62,963 bases of DNA, filler included, from Limisphaerales bacterium (GCA_044225505.1; 4 parts of 4 records of this genome joined end to end with filler, not necessarily neighbours in it), one strand, 5' to 3'. Shown: positions 26,664 to 38,445, counted from the whole stretch's first letter. Notes: generated by a model from the letters alone, not told the origin. Made by a program: numbers and translations.

Positions 26664-29390
26664 TCATTGCTGGCGCAATCGGTAGTACCCCTGTCCGTTC
26701 CCGGCTGCCGGAACCACAAATCGAAAAGGCCCCACTAGGACAGCATTGGTCTGCAAGGGCTGCCACACCACTGGAGCGACTAAATTTACAGCGTGTTGCG
26801 TGACCAGATTCGCGGAAGTCTTGGCGCTTCCCTCCATGGTGAGATCGCCTGTTTGGGATCGCAACAGGGTAAGGCGGACTGGCTCGGTGAAATCGTCGGG
26901 TGCAATCGACGTTTGCAGCGAGAGTCCCGTGTTCATCAATCTTGGATCGATGTCCGCGGGCGGCAGACAGAGAGCCGGTTGATCTTCCGCGGCCCACTCG
27001 TCCACGACGGCGCGATCCCTACCCCAGAACAAGTGACGCCGGCCATCTTCCAAAGTCATTTCCAGCGTCTCGCCCAGGTCGGTTTCAATGCGAAGCACGT
27101 TGTCTGCATAGCGATGAAGAACATCCTGCCCGGGTGGCTTGGGTTGGATCGTATAAGCTCCCCAAGCGTCGATCACGTCCGCAACAATTACCGGAGGCAA
27201 GCCGGGCGCCGCACGGTGCTGAATGAATCGCATCATAACGCGCCCGTTTCTCAAGAAATGCCACTCCTGCGAATTATCGACCTCCACCTCGTAAACGAAG
27301 CCACGAATGAATCGTTGGTAATGCCGATACTCCGTAAATACGGTGGCACCATCCAACACGTGCTCTGAACGAAGATCGATAGGCAGCGACGGAGCCTGGC
27401 CAATATCCGGATTGGTGGGCCCAATTGGTATGCGGTCCAACCATTGTCGGTTCATCTCGGATTCCTGCACATCAGCAGCGAACGAAACTTGGAGTGCGGC
27501 CTCAGTCAACTCCGGATGGATCACGAACGTCAGGGGGAATCCCTGATTGGTGCTGACCAAGGTCACGGTGTCGGCGTAGACATCCAACTCCGCAATGATG
27601 GGTTCAGCCACACGCGAATCCACCACCAGGGTCCGGGACGCCAGATCGACCGCGTAAAGCCCATACTCCTTCGTGAGCTCCGCTTTTATGCAACTGGCAT
27701 AGCGGAATTGGCCGTCCGGTCTCAGCAGAAGTTCTGCACTTGAGCCATTAAACGCCTGGCTCCAAAGTCCGACGAGTGGCTCCCAGGCTCCTTCCAATGC
27801 TTTGGGGCGAGTCGTCGCCTCGGTGACACCCGTCTCTGACCCTGGGACTTTCCGCGCGACCAGCATCCGATGTCGATCGCCAATCAACAATAAAGCATCG
27901 TCGTAATAATCCGTTATAAACGCCCCGGGCTGGCCCAGGTTTGGGTAGCACGCCAGCGTCAGTTTGTCACCTCGGAGTTGGTATTTCCCACGCTCGACCT
28001 CATTTGCAATTCCGTTCTTCCCCGCTTGGACGATATAGCGCCCGTCAGGCCTGAAGGTGAATTCCATCCAACCAGCGCCGTCATTGACCTGCCATATTCC
28101 CACGGCCCACCCTACCTGAGTCTGTGCAGCCCGGGCTTGGCTTAGCTTCTCCAAGACGGACGCATCACTTCCAGGACGCTTCCGCGCAACGGTTACCCAC
28201 TGGATAACCGCGCTCAAATCGATGAACTGCAGCTCTCCATCGTAATAATCGAGCTGACGCATCGCCTCCGCATTCCCAAACTCGCCCCCCGAGTGGGCAT
28301 ACAAGTCCTGCCCGACAAATGGGCTCAGCTGGATACGCTTCGACTCGAGAGTATAAAGGCCGCGAACAATCTCTGGCCCCGAAACGGTCTGCAGTTCTGC
28401 CACGTAATGACCATCCGGCCGGAGTGTGAGATCCACATGGAGATTCCCTTGGCGGACCTCCCAAATCCCGACCTGCCAGTTCGCGCTGGCAAGAAATGCT
28501 TCCGCTTCCGCGGCCTTTACCGGGACCTCTCGCTCCGAGCCTGGAACTGCCTGAAAGGTCACCGCCGTTCTGGAGAAGCTGTCTGTTTCGATCAAGGTGA
28601 GCTCCTCCCCAAAAAAGTCCAGTTCATCAATCTCTGGTGCGGCGCTGTAGGGTTTGAACGTGAGTTGATTCCCAGTTCGTTCATATCGCCCGCGGACGTA
28701 ACTGGTGTCAAATAGTGGGTTGTCCGGTGTCTGCTTCACCGCGTAATACCCTCCCGGACGAAAGGTGCACTCGACCTCTCCATAAAAGGCGACGTGGCGC
28801 CGCCAAACGCGCACCAGTTGTGGATCCACCTGTTCCCGCGCAAGCACGTCCGCGTCTGACCCTGGACGGAAGCGAAACGTTTGGATCTGGCCATAATCCG
28901 GACTGGTCAAAGAGAACGAATCGCCGCTGAGCTCGAGCTTGTACCGTCTGGGCGCCGGTTTGATCAGATAATCGTAGGGCGTTAAAATCAGCGTGTTCCG
29001 ATCGACCTGATACTGTCCGCGTTCCGAAGACGAGAGATCGATGGCTGGGTCGGAGCTTTTCTCGTCCAGTTGATACCGCCCGCTCGAACGAAAAAGCAGC
29101 TTTGCAGTCATGAACCCGTCGTTATCCTCCCAGACTCCGATTAAACGATCGTCCCCTTGCGCCAGCGCGGTCGCCCCGTTCACAAGCAGCAAGGCCAGCC
29201 AGACCAACGCGCCACTGAGCCAAACCCAGGAGCCATCTCTGCTTTGCGTCGTTCCTCCCTCCGGTCGAAAACGGATTTTCGCCTGGCTCGGCGGGCTCCG
29301 GAACGTCCCAACCGACCATGACCGCTTTAGGTCGTTCCTCAGTCTTAAAATCCTACTCGCTGGCCGAATTGCTTGGCTGCTCGATGTCAT
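26664..29390 (-). CDS. Large secreted hypothetical protein with 5-6 tandem ~120-aa beta-rich (lipocalin-like) repeats
   Basis: Repeated (L/W)xGxW...(F/L)RPDGxY...RGxY...L motif; signal-peptide-like segment ending ALAQ. Start uncertain. Confidence 0.7.
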   Translation of the reverse strand: MTSSSQAIRPASRILRLRNDLKRSWSVGTFRSPPSQAKIRFRPEGGTTQSRDGSWVWLSGALVWLALLLVNGATALAQGDDRLIGVWEDNDGFMTAKLLFRSSGRYQLDEKSSDPAIDLSSSERGQYQVDRNTLILTPYDYLIKPAPRRYKLELSGDSFSLTSPDYGQIQTFRFRPGSDADVLAREQVDPQLVRVWRRHVAFYGEVECTFRPGGYYAVKQTPDNPLFDTSYVRGRYERTGNQLTFKPYSAAPEIDELDFFGEELTLIETDSFSRTAVTFQAVPGSEREVPVKAAEAEAFLASANWQVGIWEVRQGNLHVDLTLRPDGHYVAELQTVSGPEIVRGLYTLESKRIQLSPFVGQDLYAHSGGEFGNAEAMRQLDYYDGELQFIDLSAVIQWVTVARKRPGSDASVLEKLSQARAAQTQVGWAVGIWQVNDGAGWMEFTFRPDGRYIVQAGKNGIANEVERGKYQLRGDKLTLACYPNLGQPGAFITDYYDDALLLIGDRHRMLVARKVPGSETGVTEATTRPKALEGAWEPLVGLWSQAFNGSSAELLLRPDGQFRYASCIKAELTKEYGLYAVDLASRTLVVDSRVAEPIIAELDVYADTVTLVSTNQGFPLTFVIHPELTEAALQVSFAADVQESEMNRQWLDRIPIGPTNPDIGQAPSLPIDLRSEHVLDGATVFTEYRHYQRFIRGFVYEVEVDNSQEWHFLRNGRVMMRFIQHRAAPGLPPVIVADVIDAWGAYTIQPKPPGQDVLHRYADNVLRIETDLGETLEMTLEDGRRHLFWGRDRAVVDEWAAEDQPALCLPPADIDPRLMNTGLSLQTSIAPDDFTEPVRLTLLRSQTGDLTMEGSAKTSANLVTQHAVNLVAPVVWQPLQTNAVLVGPFRFVVPAAGNGQGYYRLRQQ

Positions 29391-29550
29391 ACTCTCTGAT
29401 CCCCTACAGGGGTAAAGTCCGGTAAAGGTTGCGGACATTTGTGCAGCACGAAATTGCGCGCTAAGGATAATTGGTCAGCCATGGCGTTCGACCAAGGAGC
29501 ACCCTGCCCTCGTGCAACCTTTCCACTGGCTCTCCCCTGTAGCGGGTTGA

Positions 29551-32500
29551 ATGAGAACCAGGACCTTGACCCGCAAACCGGCGAAAACAGCAATGCCACC
29601 GCACATATTCCGTGCGACACTGCTGCGAAAGAAAAGCCCAGTCATCGATATTCGTTGGCTATGGGCCTTAAGTGCTATTGGGCTTTTTGTTGGCGTCAGC
29701 TTGAAATCAACCGCTGCCGATCGCCCCCCCGCCAAGTTGAATGGGCCATTGCGGAGCGATCGACAGGTGGAAGACTTCGCCATTTCCAGCAATAACAAAT
29801 GGGTTGTCTACCGAGCGGATCAAGAAACGAACGACGTTCTGGAGCTCTACAGTCGTCCCATTGCAGGAAGCGGTGCTTCCATTCGACTGAACGAACCTTT
29901 GCTCAGCGGGACGCAAGTCGAATCCTACACGATCGCGCCAGACAGCTCGCGCGTTGTCTTTATGTCCGCTCAGCCGTCGGCATCAACCTACGAGATATTC
30001 AGTCGCCCGCTCGACGGACTTCTCGCCCCCAGAAAACTGAATGCTCCTTTCATTCAGGGCGGCATGGCGTTTGACTTCGCCATCTCTCCGGACAGCCAAT
30101 GGCTCATCTACCGGGCGGCTCAAGACCATGTTGGCGTCTATGAGATCTACAGCCGCGCTCTCAATGGAGCGGAGACTCTCGAGGACCCGAAGAAGCTCAA
30201 TGGCGCATTAAGCGGTCAATTCGTCGTCAACTACTCCATCTCGGCGGACAGTGCGTGGGTCGTCTACACCGCGACACAAGACCGAGCCCTCGTCTCCGAT
30301 CTCTATAGTCGCCGCATCGATGGCAGTGGCTCCTTCATAAAGCTCAATAAAAGCAGTTCGGACAGCAGTGGCGTCGGTATGTTTCGAATCTCGTCCGACA
30401 GCCAGCGTGTGGTCTATGTCGCGGACGAGGATCAACGCGGGATTTATGAGGTCTACAGCCGAGCGATCCAGGGGAGCAGCCCGCCCGTAAAACTCAACAG
30501 CGCATTACCAATCAACACTTACGTGAATCGCCTCCAGGTCGCGCCAGCCGGGGACTGGGTCGTGTATGGGATCGGCCAGGATTCCGCCAAGGTCCTCAGC
30601 ATTTTCAGTCGCAAGATGGACGGCAGGAGCGAGGCGATCCAACTGAACGACGCTCTTCCGACGGGCACTGCCATTCCCGCCTTCGGCCTTTCGCGAACAG
30701 GCGATTGGGTGCTCTACGGAGTTGGCGAGGACGATGCCGAACTAGGGCAGCTTTTCAGCCGGCGCACTGACGGTCAGGGATCCGCAGCCCGTCTGAGTGC
30801 CAACCTTAATTCTGAGGCGGATGTTTACAACTTTGACTTTTCGCCGGATGGCCAGCGTGTCGTCTACAGCGCCATCACGAACGACGGACTTCTCAAGCTG
30901 TATAGTCAATCGGTAGATGGCAGCGAGCCTGCCAAAATGTTGAGCAAACCGGGCGACGGCAGCCTTTGGGATTTTAGCGTCTTCTCGACCAATGGTGTCA
31001 CCTATATCGCCGATGATGATAAAAGCGGAACGGACGAGCTTTACACCACCACCATCGATGGCGAGGACTCGCCCAGGAAATGGAACGGTCCGGTCGTGAA
31101 AGGCGGGAACGTGGACTATGCTCATCCCTCAACCGACAGCACACGGATCGTTTATCTGGCCGACGCCGAGCGCAACGGGGTCTTTGAGCTCTACTCGGTC
31201 CCGTTGGTCGAGCCGCAGCCCGGAGAGTTGAAATGGCAGTTCGTTGCGGGAGGACGCGAGCATTCCAGCCCAGCGATCGCGGCGGACGGCACGGTCTATT
31301 TTGGGTCAGGGCAACAGCTGCACGCGGTTAACGGTACGACGGGCATCGAGAAATGGAGTTTTCAAGCCGCTGGCGATGTGAATTCCTCTCCCGCGATCGG
31401 CTCGGATGGCGCCGTCTATTTCGGTTCAAGTGACGGAAGCACTTATGCCCTCGACGGCGCAACGGGCGAGATGAAGTGGGCGTTTCAAGCGGGTGGAGGA
31501 ATGGAATCATCGCCAGCCATCGGCGCCGATGGCACTCTCTACATTGGTTCCCTTGACGGAAAGGTCTACGCGCTGGCTGGAGATTCCGGGACTAACCAAT
31601 GGCAGTTCAACACCGGCGCGATGGTTTTATCATCGCCGGCGGTCGGCCTCGACGGAACGATTTATATCGGCTCTCGCAGCGGCTGGGTTTATGCCCTGGA
31701 CAGTACGACGGGGACTAACAAATGGAAGTTTCGCACCGGAGGTTATGTCGATTCCTCGCCCGCCCTGGGTGCGGATGGAACAGTCTACGTCGGCTCTTCG
31801 CTCGGTCGTGTCTTCGCGCTTGAGGGAACCACGGGCACATTGAAGTGGGAGAGAGTCGTCGTGGGATCCGTCATGTCTTCGCCCGCGCTCGCCATGGACG
31901 GGACGGTCTATATAGGTTCAGACGATCATCGTCTCTACGCGCTGGACAGTGTCACCGGGGCTTTGAAATGGTCTTACCAAACGGGCGACGCGGTTCAATC
32001 TTCCCCCACTCTGGCTGCCGATGGCACCGTTTATATCGGCTCCAACGATGATCGCTTCTACGCCCTCGACGGAGCGACCGGCACGCTAAAGTGGGCGTTT
32101 GAAACTGGCTACTGGATCGGCTCCTCGCCCGCCATTGGAGCGGACGGCACCGTCTTCGCCCTTTCGTCGGATGGCCTGCTCTACGCTTTGGCCGGCACGA
32201 GCCCGCTAGCCGCGAGCCCATGGCCGAAGTTCCGAGCGAACCCTCTCCACACCGCGTCCAAGGAGATTGCCACCGGTCCGCCGGTCATCCTCTGGCAAAG
32301 TGCGGGTGGCCAGATCGTCGAAGGCGAGCCACTGGTGTTAAAGGTCCTGGCCGCCGGAGCGCGACCGCTCCGTTATCAATGGCTTTTCCATGGGCAGCCG
32401 CTGCTGGATGCCACCGAACCGCAACTCCTTGTCCCTGCCTTTTCACCGGAACGTGCAGGGACCTACCGCGTTCGCGTCCAGAATCCTCAAGGCGTGTTAG

Positions 32501-32834
32501 AAAGCACTGACATCTCGGTTGGCTTGGGTTACCGGCTCTCGATTGAGGTGCATGGTCCCGGCCAAGTCCGGCGCACTCCCGACGCAACGATCTACCCGCC
32601 CGGAGCAGTGGTCGAACTCACCGCGTCTGCAGGAAACGCCCGCCCGTTCCTCGGATGGAGCGGCGACCGATCGAGCCCGGAGCATTCCTGGCTCGTCACA
32701 GTCGACCAACCTCTCCATCTCGTCGCCAATTTTCAGATTGAGCCCGGTGATCCCCGAGTGGAATTCGTCACCCGCGGTGGCCAGATGAACTCGTCTCCAG
32801 CAATCGGTCCCGACGGCACGATTTATGTTGGAGC
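29551..32834 (+). CDS. Secreted TolB-like propeller + PQQ-type propeller + Ig + divergent InlB-B repeat protein (truncated by contig end)
   Basis: ~50-aa repeats (FAISPDSQWLIY...EIYSR), eight SSPAIGADGTVYxGS repeats, LRYQWLFHG Ig motif, FLGWSGD. Confidence 0.85.
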
Positions 32835-32934
32835 NNNNNNNNNNNNNNNNNNNNNNNNNNNNNNNNNNNNNNNNNNNNTTAATTAATTAANNNNNNNNNN
32901 NNNNNNNNNNNNNNNNNNNNNNNNNNNNNNNNNN
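32835..32934. other. Artificial contig spacer
   Basis: N-TTAATTAATTAA-N, 100 nt. Confidence 0.99.
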
Positions 32935-33050
32935 ATGATCACCTTTTGGCTGGCGTCTGACAACTCATCCCGGGAGCAAGGCAACCCCGAGCGGACCAAC
33001 CCAGGTTGGACAGAGTCTCACCATTGAACAACCAAGCCTGTCCCGACGAC

Positions 33051-34472
33051 TTAGGGAGCGAAGGGAACGGTGCCGTTCGTGTCTACCAGATAACGCCACT
33101 GCGCGACGTAATCGGCTGCGGGTCGAAACTCGTCATGAGACGCCTGCAACTTTTTCTTGAGCAGATTGTCGAGGTCGGTCCTTAACGCCTCCCAGCTGGA
33201 TGAGTTGACCAGATTGTTCGTCTGATACGGATCGATTTCATTGTCAAAGAGCAACCACGGTCCCTTGAGATCGCGCGCATAGGTGTATCGAGTCGTTCGG
33301 ACGCCGCGATACTCCCGCCCTCCAGCCCGTCGCTCCCACTCTCCAAACGGAGCCACGCAGAGGATCAAGCTTGCGCCATCACCCGGGCTGGGCCCGCCAC
33401 GCAAATAGCCGCTGTAATCCAGGCCATCGACGGTCTTTGGGATGGCCAGGCCCACCAAGCCGAGCAACGTGGGCATCAAATCTTCGGAATTAAAGACTGC
33501 AGGCACGGATTGAGCGTTAGTTCCCAAACCCCTCGGCCAGCGGACGAGCAGCGGGACGCGAATGGATTCATCGAATGGCTTCTGCTTCTTGAACAAGCCT
33601 TGCGAACCGAGCATGTCGCCATGATCCGAGGTAAAGACCAGGATCGTATCCTCTTCCGCGCCAGTTTCTCGCAAGGTCTTTAATACCTCACCCAGGCAAT
33701 GATCCAGCGCTGCGCCATGCGCATAGTAGCCGGCCAGGAACCGCCGCACGTCGCTTTCCAATTCGACCGGGACATTCGGACGCAATTGAAGCGCAGCCGG
33801 GTCGAACTGCGCGCGGTACGATTGCGGTGCGCTGAAATAAGGATCATGCGGGGGACCCCAGGCCAGAACCAGCAGGAATGGCTTCTGCGATCGGGCATGG
33901 GCGCGAATGTAAGCCGCAGCACCGTGGCTCTGTGTTATCGCATCGTACCCAGGCCACCGAAGCTTCTCCGGGCTGTCTGCGTAATAGAGCGAATTCGAGT
34001 AGTCGTGAGTGCATTCCAGCGCTTTCCAAAACTCGAAGCCTTGCCGCCTTTCTCTCGGGATGAAAGCGGAGCGCCCATTGCCATTGAGATGCCACTTACC
34101 AATATAGCCGGTGTCGTAGCCAGCGCGTGCGAGGACCTTCGCGAGAGTCATCGCCTCCGGCCGAAGAGGTACATCGTTGAGGAAGACCCCATGCGTCAGC
34201 GGGCGCTGGCCCGTCAGCAGCGATGCCCGGGTCGGACAACAGACTGGCAGCCCAGCGATGGCGTTCTGGAAACGGATACTTGCCGAAGCAAGGCGATCCA
34301 GATTCGGGGTTTTGGCGTTCGGGTCGCCGGCAAACCCAAATGCCTGCCCTCGCCATTGATCCGCCAGGACCACGACGATGTTCGGTCTGCGCTCATCCGC
34401 ACGGGTCCAATGGGCTGTGACGATCAGAAGGAGTGTCAGCCAGAACGCGCGAGGGTTGACCGGAGGTGTCAT
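33051..34472 (-). CDS. Sulfatase (Cys-type, formylglycine-dependent)
   Basis: RPNIVVVLADQWR, CCPTRASLLTG (CxPxR), GYIGKWHL, FTSDHG. Confidence 0.95.
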   Translation of the reverse strand: MTPPVNPRAFWLTLLLIVTAHWTRADERRPNIVVVLADQWRGQAFGFAGDPNAKTPNLDRLASASIRFQNAIAGLPVCCPTRASLLTGQRPLTHGVFLNDVPLRPEAMTLAKVLARAGYDTGYIGKWHLNGNGRSAFIPRERRQGFEFWKALECTHDYSNSLYYADSPEKLRWPGYDAITQSHGAAAYIRAHARSQKPFLLVLAWGPPHDPYFSAPQSYRAQFDPAALQLRPNVPVELESDVRRFLAGYYAHGAALDHCLGEVLKTLRETGAEEDTILVFTSDHGDMLGSQGLFKKQKPFDESIRVPLLVRWPRGLGTNAQSVPAVFNSEDLMPTLLGLVGLAIPKTVDGLDYSGYLRGGPSPGDGASLILCVAPFGEWERRAGGREYRGVRTTRYTYARDLKGPWLLFDNEIDPYQTNNLVNSSSWEALRTDLDNLLKKKLQASHDEFRPAADYVAQWRYLVDTNGTVPFAP

Positions 34473-34505
34473 GACGTGAGAGTGCTAGCTGCTCGTAGAT
34501 CAGGC

Positions 34506-34805
34506 CTAGCCCATTTTCGTCTCCACACTCTTGATTTTGTCTTCCATCGTCTGAACTCGGTCAGTCCGCGTGCCCAGTCTGAGAGTCGTGGCGATTCTCG
34601 GGGCCCCGAGTTCATGGACAACTTCATGACAACGCTTGATCGCTGCCAAAACCTCGTCCCATTCTCCTTCAATGTTCGTCCCGTTGGCGTGGAGCGCGAT
34701 CTTCAAACCTGCCGCACCAAGCACTTTCTCACACGCGGCCACAAATGGTGAGAGCGAGATCCCAACGCCGATGGGAATGATACAGAAATCGACCATGACT
34801 TTCAT
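34506..34805 (-). CDS. MTH1187/YkoF thiamine-binding family protein
   Basis: MKVMVDFCIIPIG...HANGTNIEGEWD...GAPRI...RTDR. Confidence 0.9.
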   Translation of the reverse strand: MKVMVDFCIIPIGVGISLSPFVAACEKVLGAAGLKIALHANGTNIEGEWDEVLAAIKRCHEVVHELGAPRIATTLRLGTRTDRVQTMEDKIKSVETKMG

Positions 34806-35028
34806 GGCCGGGAGTATGGCCGATCACCACCGCGCTCGTCGAGTGGGCCATTCGAGGAGTAAGAGTATCGATTGAATGATGGAGCGCTCATTCCACAGTC
34901 AGCGCGATCCATTCAAACTGCATTACTGCTGTTTCTCCCCATTTGTTAGTGCCGCGCCACCTCGAACCGCGCCGCGTCGGTGAAGGTTGATTCGCCCGTC
35001 CCGCCCATCCGAGAACTGCGCTAGCGAG

Positions 35029-36900
35029 TCAATCGGGCAAGGCTCCTGCGGATTTGCCCGGGCCCGCCAATGCACGGGCGGGGCTGTTCGGAGCTAGCCG
35101 GTAATTGCGCTGCGACGCCTCCACAAACTTCGGGTCTGCGAACACGGAGTCTTGTTCGAAACGGTGGGACTGCAGGAACGCCGCGAATTCGCCAGCACCA
35201 ATGGCCTGCTCTCCCCAGAGGAACACTGAACCCTGTGGCTGGTACCAGCAGTTGCGCTCCATGAGGAGCGCATCGGCCCAATCACGACCGTGCAGCCAGA
35301 GAAGGCTGTCTGTCGCGCGGCAAAAGATATTCCCTTGGACGACGACGTTGGTCGTCATCGCGGAGTTGTCGAAGAACATCAGATGGCGTCCATTAGGATC
35401 GGGCCGCTGCCGGTGCCCCCAACCATAACCAGCGTCGACGCAGGTGTTCTGCTCAAAGATAATGTTGCGCGTGCGACTGGCTGGACCTCGGTTCCAATAC
35501 TCGAAGGAGTACTCGCTGTTCCAGATGACGTTGCGCCGATAGGTGATGTTCTCTTGCACGTTGGTGCCGTCACCCTGGTTGGTCAATGCGGCGTCGTAAA
35601 TCTCCCAAAGCCGGCAAGATTCCACCAGGCAATCATGAGCGTCTGACCAAAACTCGATGCCATTCCCAAATCGGACGGGTTTGCCATCGCGCCCGGTCAT
35701 TTGATGACCGCCACCGATGAAAGAGAAATCGCAATCGCGAATGGTGATATGGTGAACGCCACTGCCCCCGATTCCGTGGGCTGCTCCATTGCGCAAGTCA
35801 AGGCTCTCGTAGGTCACATAAGCCCGCCCATTCTGGTCGATGATGTGCTGGCAGAGGGCCAGTTCAATGCTCTGATGGCGGTTGGCCGGATTGCCGTCGG
35901 ACCGGAGCTTCACTTGCCAGGTCCGAGCGTCGTAGAAGTAGTCGCCGTCGCGGCGCAAGTCAGCTTCCCTCCATTGCTTCACGCCGGTCGATTTGCCATG
36001 GTCGAAGACAATGTTCCCCACATCCACCGACAGCGGAATGGCCCGATTACTCCGCAGCTTGAGCAACCGCTCCGGGCGCAAAAGCAGCGTGCTGCCAGCA
36101 GGCAGAGCACTGCCAAGGAACAAAGTGAGTCGCGCGTCCGTAGCACGCTGGCGCGAATAGAATCGGACCGTGTGCTCAGCCCAGTCTGTCCCAATAGTTG
36201 GTAGAATGGTTTGCGTTACGGCGTAGCTCGTCCACGGGGGGCCGTTTTTCATCAACGTAACCGCAACTGGCGTGCATGGCTGTGTCACCTGAGCACGAAA
36301 GGTGAAAAGGAAATATTCGCCTTCCTCTACCGTCAACCCCGAGACGGACAGTTGCAGGTGGTTCGCCCGCCTCCCAGGATTGCCGCAAACCAGCCGGAGA
36401 ATCGTCCCCGTTTGATCCTTCTCTTGTGTGAAGTTGCAGGAGGCGCCAGCTTCCTGGTAGAACGACCAGGGTCCCAGCTGCAAATCGGCGTGAACGCCGT
36501 TCGTCTCAAAACGAAGGGGTGTCGTTGCCCAAACGCCTGGGCTAATAGACTGCCAATCTTCCGCGCGATCGGCAGCAACAGACCCCAGGAGGATCGGCCT
36601 GTGGCCTTCGCTGAATGCACCATAAGTAATGGCGCCGTTAGCGTCGCCACTCTGAGGGATCAGTTGGCCACGCCAGGCTTGACCACGGCGAAAGAGCACT
36701 TGGTCACCGCCAGCCAAAGATGCTCGGTTTACCCGGTTGAGCGAACGCCACGCCGTCTCTGGTTTCAGCCCATCGTGACTATCATCGCCATCCACCGCAT
36801 CCACATGAAAGGTCCGGGCTTGGGAGGCGGCCACGGTCGCTGCCAGAAAGCCGGCCCAAACGAACCGCAGGCCACTCAGGAGAGAAATTCTCTGCCACAT
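35029..36900 (-). CDS. Secreted right-handed beta-helix protein with an inserted CBM-like domain
   Basis: FHVDAVDGDDSHDG..PETAWRSL, GDQVLFRRG, beta-helix repeats, DPKFV...YRL. Confidence 0.8.
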   Translation of the reverse strand: MWQRISLLSGLRFVWAGFLAATVAASQARTFHVDAVDGDDSHDGLKPETAWRSLNRVNRASLAGGDQVLFRRGQAWRGQLIPQSGDANGAITYGAFSEGHRPILLGSVAADRAEDWQSISPGVWATTPLRFETNGVHADLQLGPWSFYQEAGASCNFTQEKDQTGTILRLVCGNPGRRANHLQLSVSGLTVEEGEYFLFTFRAQVTQPCTPVAVTLMKNGPPWTSYAVTQTILPTIGTDWAEHTVRFYSRQRATDARLTLFLGSALPAGSTLLLRPERLLKLRSNRAIPLSVDVGNIVFDHGKSTGVKQWREADLRRDGDYFYDARTWQVKLRSDGNPANRHQSIELALCQHIIDQNGRAYVTYESLDLRNGAAHGIGGSGVHHITIRDCDFSFIGGGHQMTGRDGKPVRFGNGIEFWSDAHDCLVESCRLWEIYDAALTNQGDGTNVQENITYRRNVIWNSEYSFEYWNRGPASRTRNIIFEQNTCVDAGYGWGHRQRPDPNGRHLMFFDNSAMTTNVVVQGNIFCRATDSLLWLHGRDWADALLMERNCWYQPQGSVFLWGEQAIGAGEFAAFLQSHRFEQDSVFADPKFVEASQRNYRLAPNSPARALAGPGKSAGALPD

Positions 36901-37353
36901 AAGTGGAGTGTGGCAATTCTAGCCTGGGGTGAAAAGAGGGATAACTCGACAAGCACCCGTGCGCGTCAATCTCTTGGAGATCCAAACCCGACGCTCTGCT
37001 GGTGCGACTGGCCATCGCTTCGTGGACGAAATTGGCCCTGACTCGATGTCTGGCGGTCGGACACAGCCCTGGCAACTCCGGCACGCGACGGAGTCGTGGC
37101 ACAGTCCACCATTCAGCGCGCCCGTGCTGATAGGGCTGGTATTCGATCCGAATCGCCTCGGTCGGTTTGAGCCGACAGAGTTTCCATGGTTTGATTCGGT
37201 GACGGATAAGCGTTCGGATAACATCCATCCCAACGAACGAATGGGTCGCTTTAGCTTGACCGGCTTCTTCAACGCCTGCGTCCTCCAAGCCCCGGAAAGA
37301 GCGAGCACAGTGGATTGGCAGGTTTGCTTCTGACAGCTAAGATTGTTGAACTT

Positions 37354-38445
37354 ATGAGCCTGACACTCCGTTCTTCGCGGGGACTTATCTCAGCCCTTGC
37401 GCTAATGGCCACGTTCACTAGCTGCCATACCCCCACAACGAGAATTTCAACGGCAACGCCGTGCATGGACGCGTTGCGGTTGTTCACCGCGGCCAATGTG
37501 CCCGCGTTCGGACCGAGCGAAATCGTCTGTTCGGAAACCCATACCAATGGAATCACCCGTGGTGCCTTGCCCGGCAACGGCCTGGCGCAGCACCCGATGC
37601 TCTACGTGGGAGAAAACTGCAACAAAATGTTTCTCGTCAATAAAGGCAAGGTGATCTGGACGTATTCCACCGGCCCTCGTCCGGAATTTGACGATGTCTG
37701 GATGCTCTCTAACGGCAACATTCTCTTCTCTCGCATGGAATACGTGGCGCTCATCACGCCAGACAAGAATGTGCTCTGGCGCTACGACGCCCAAGACCCA
37801 AAGGTTCCTCACCACACGGAAATCCACGCTTGCCAGCCCATTGGCTTGGACAAGGTGATGTTCGTTGAAAATGGTCTGCCGCCCAAGTTGAAGATCATTA
37901 ACATCAACACCGGAGCTGTGGAAGTTGATCACGAACTGCCGTTCGACGCCTCTCGCGGAGTGCATGGACAGTTTCGGCGGGCTCGCGTCACCGCCCAGGG
38001 AACGTATCTCATTCCCTTTCTGGGTCTGGATCGTGTCGTAGAATACGACAAGACCTTCAAAGAGATCTGGAGGTACAATATCGACAAGCCGTGGGCTGCT
38101 CTCCGGCTAAAGAACGGCAACACGTTGATCACCGACGAGAAGAACAGCCTCACCCGCGAAGTCAACCCCCAGGGCAACACGGTCTGGGAATTCAATTGTC
38201 GAAGAGATTTGCCGGCGGAGTATCAGTTCGCTTCCGCACCGCAAACCTGCACTCGCTTAGCCAACGGCAACACCCTCTTCACCTCCCGCGGCAAAAACAA
38301 CGAAGGCCCTCAACTCATCGAAGTTACTGCCGACAAGAAAATCGTTTGGGTGCTGCAAGATTGGAAGAGCCTCGGCGACGCCACGGCCGTGCAAATTCTG
38401 GACGACCCTGGTTTCCCCGAAATCCCCGGCCAATCGGAACACTGA
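37354..38445 (+). CDS. Putative lipoprotein beta-propeller (PQQ/arylsulfotransferase-like repeats)
   Basis: Lipobox-like FTSC; repeats LSNGNIL, LKNGNTL, LANGNTL, xVWE. Confidence 0.7.
   Translation: MSLTLRSSRGLISALALMATFTSCHTPTTRISTATPCMDALRLFTAANVPAFGPSEIVCSETHTNGITRGALPGNGLAQHPMLYVGENCNKMFLVNKGKVIWTYSTGPRPEFDDVWMLSNGNILFSRMEYVALITPDKNVLWRYDAQDPKVPHHTEIHACQPIGLDKVMFVENGLPPKLKIININTGAVEVDHELPFDASRGVHGQFRRARVTAQGTYLIPFLGLDRVVEYDKTFKEIWRYNIDKPWAALRLKNGNTLITDEKNSLTREVNPQGNTVWEFNCRRDLPAEYQFASAPQTCTRLANGNTLFTSRGKNNEGPQLIEVTADKKIVWVLQDWKSLGDATAVQILDDPGFPEIPGQSEH

Noticed and set aside
31240..32200. Regular ~120-nt periodicity, considered as a CRISPR-like or DNA repeat array
   Set aside because: These are protein-level PQQ propeller repeats. 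No CRISPR array or cas gene was seen anywhere in the window.
36901..37350. Long intergenic stretch with short ORFs (also 39381-39948 and 24556-25038)
   Set aside because: No convincing protein motif, RNA structure or repeat was seen by eye.
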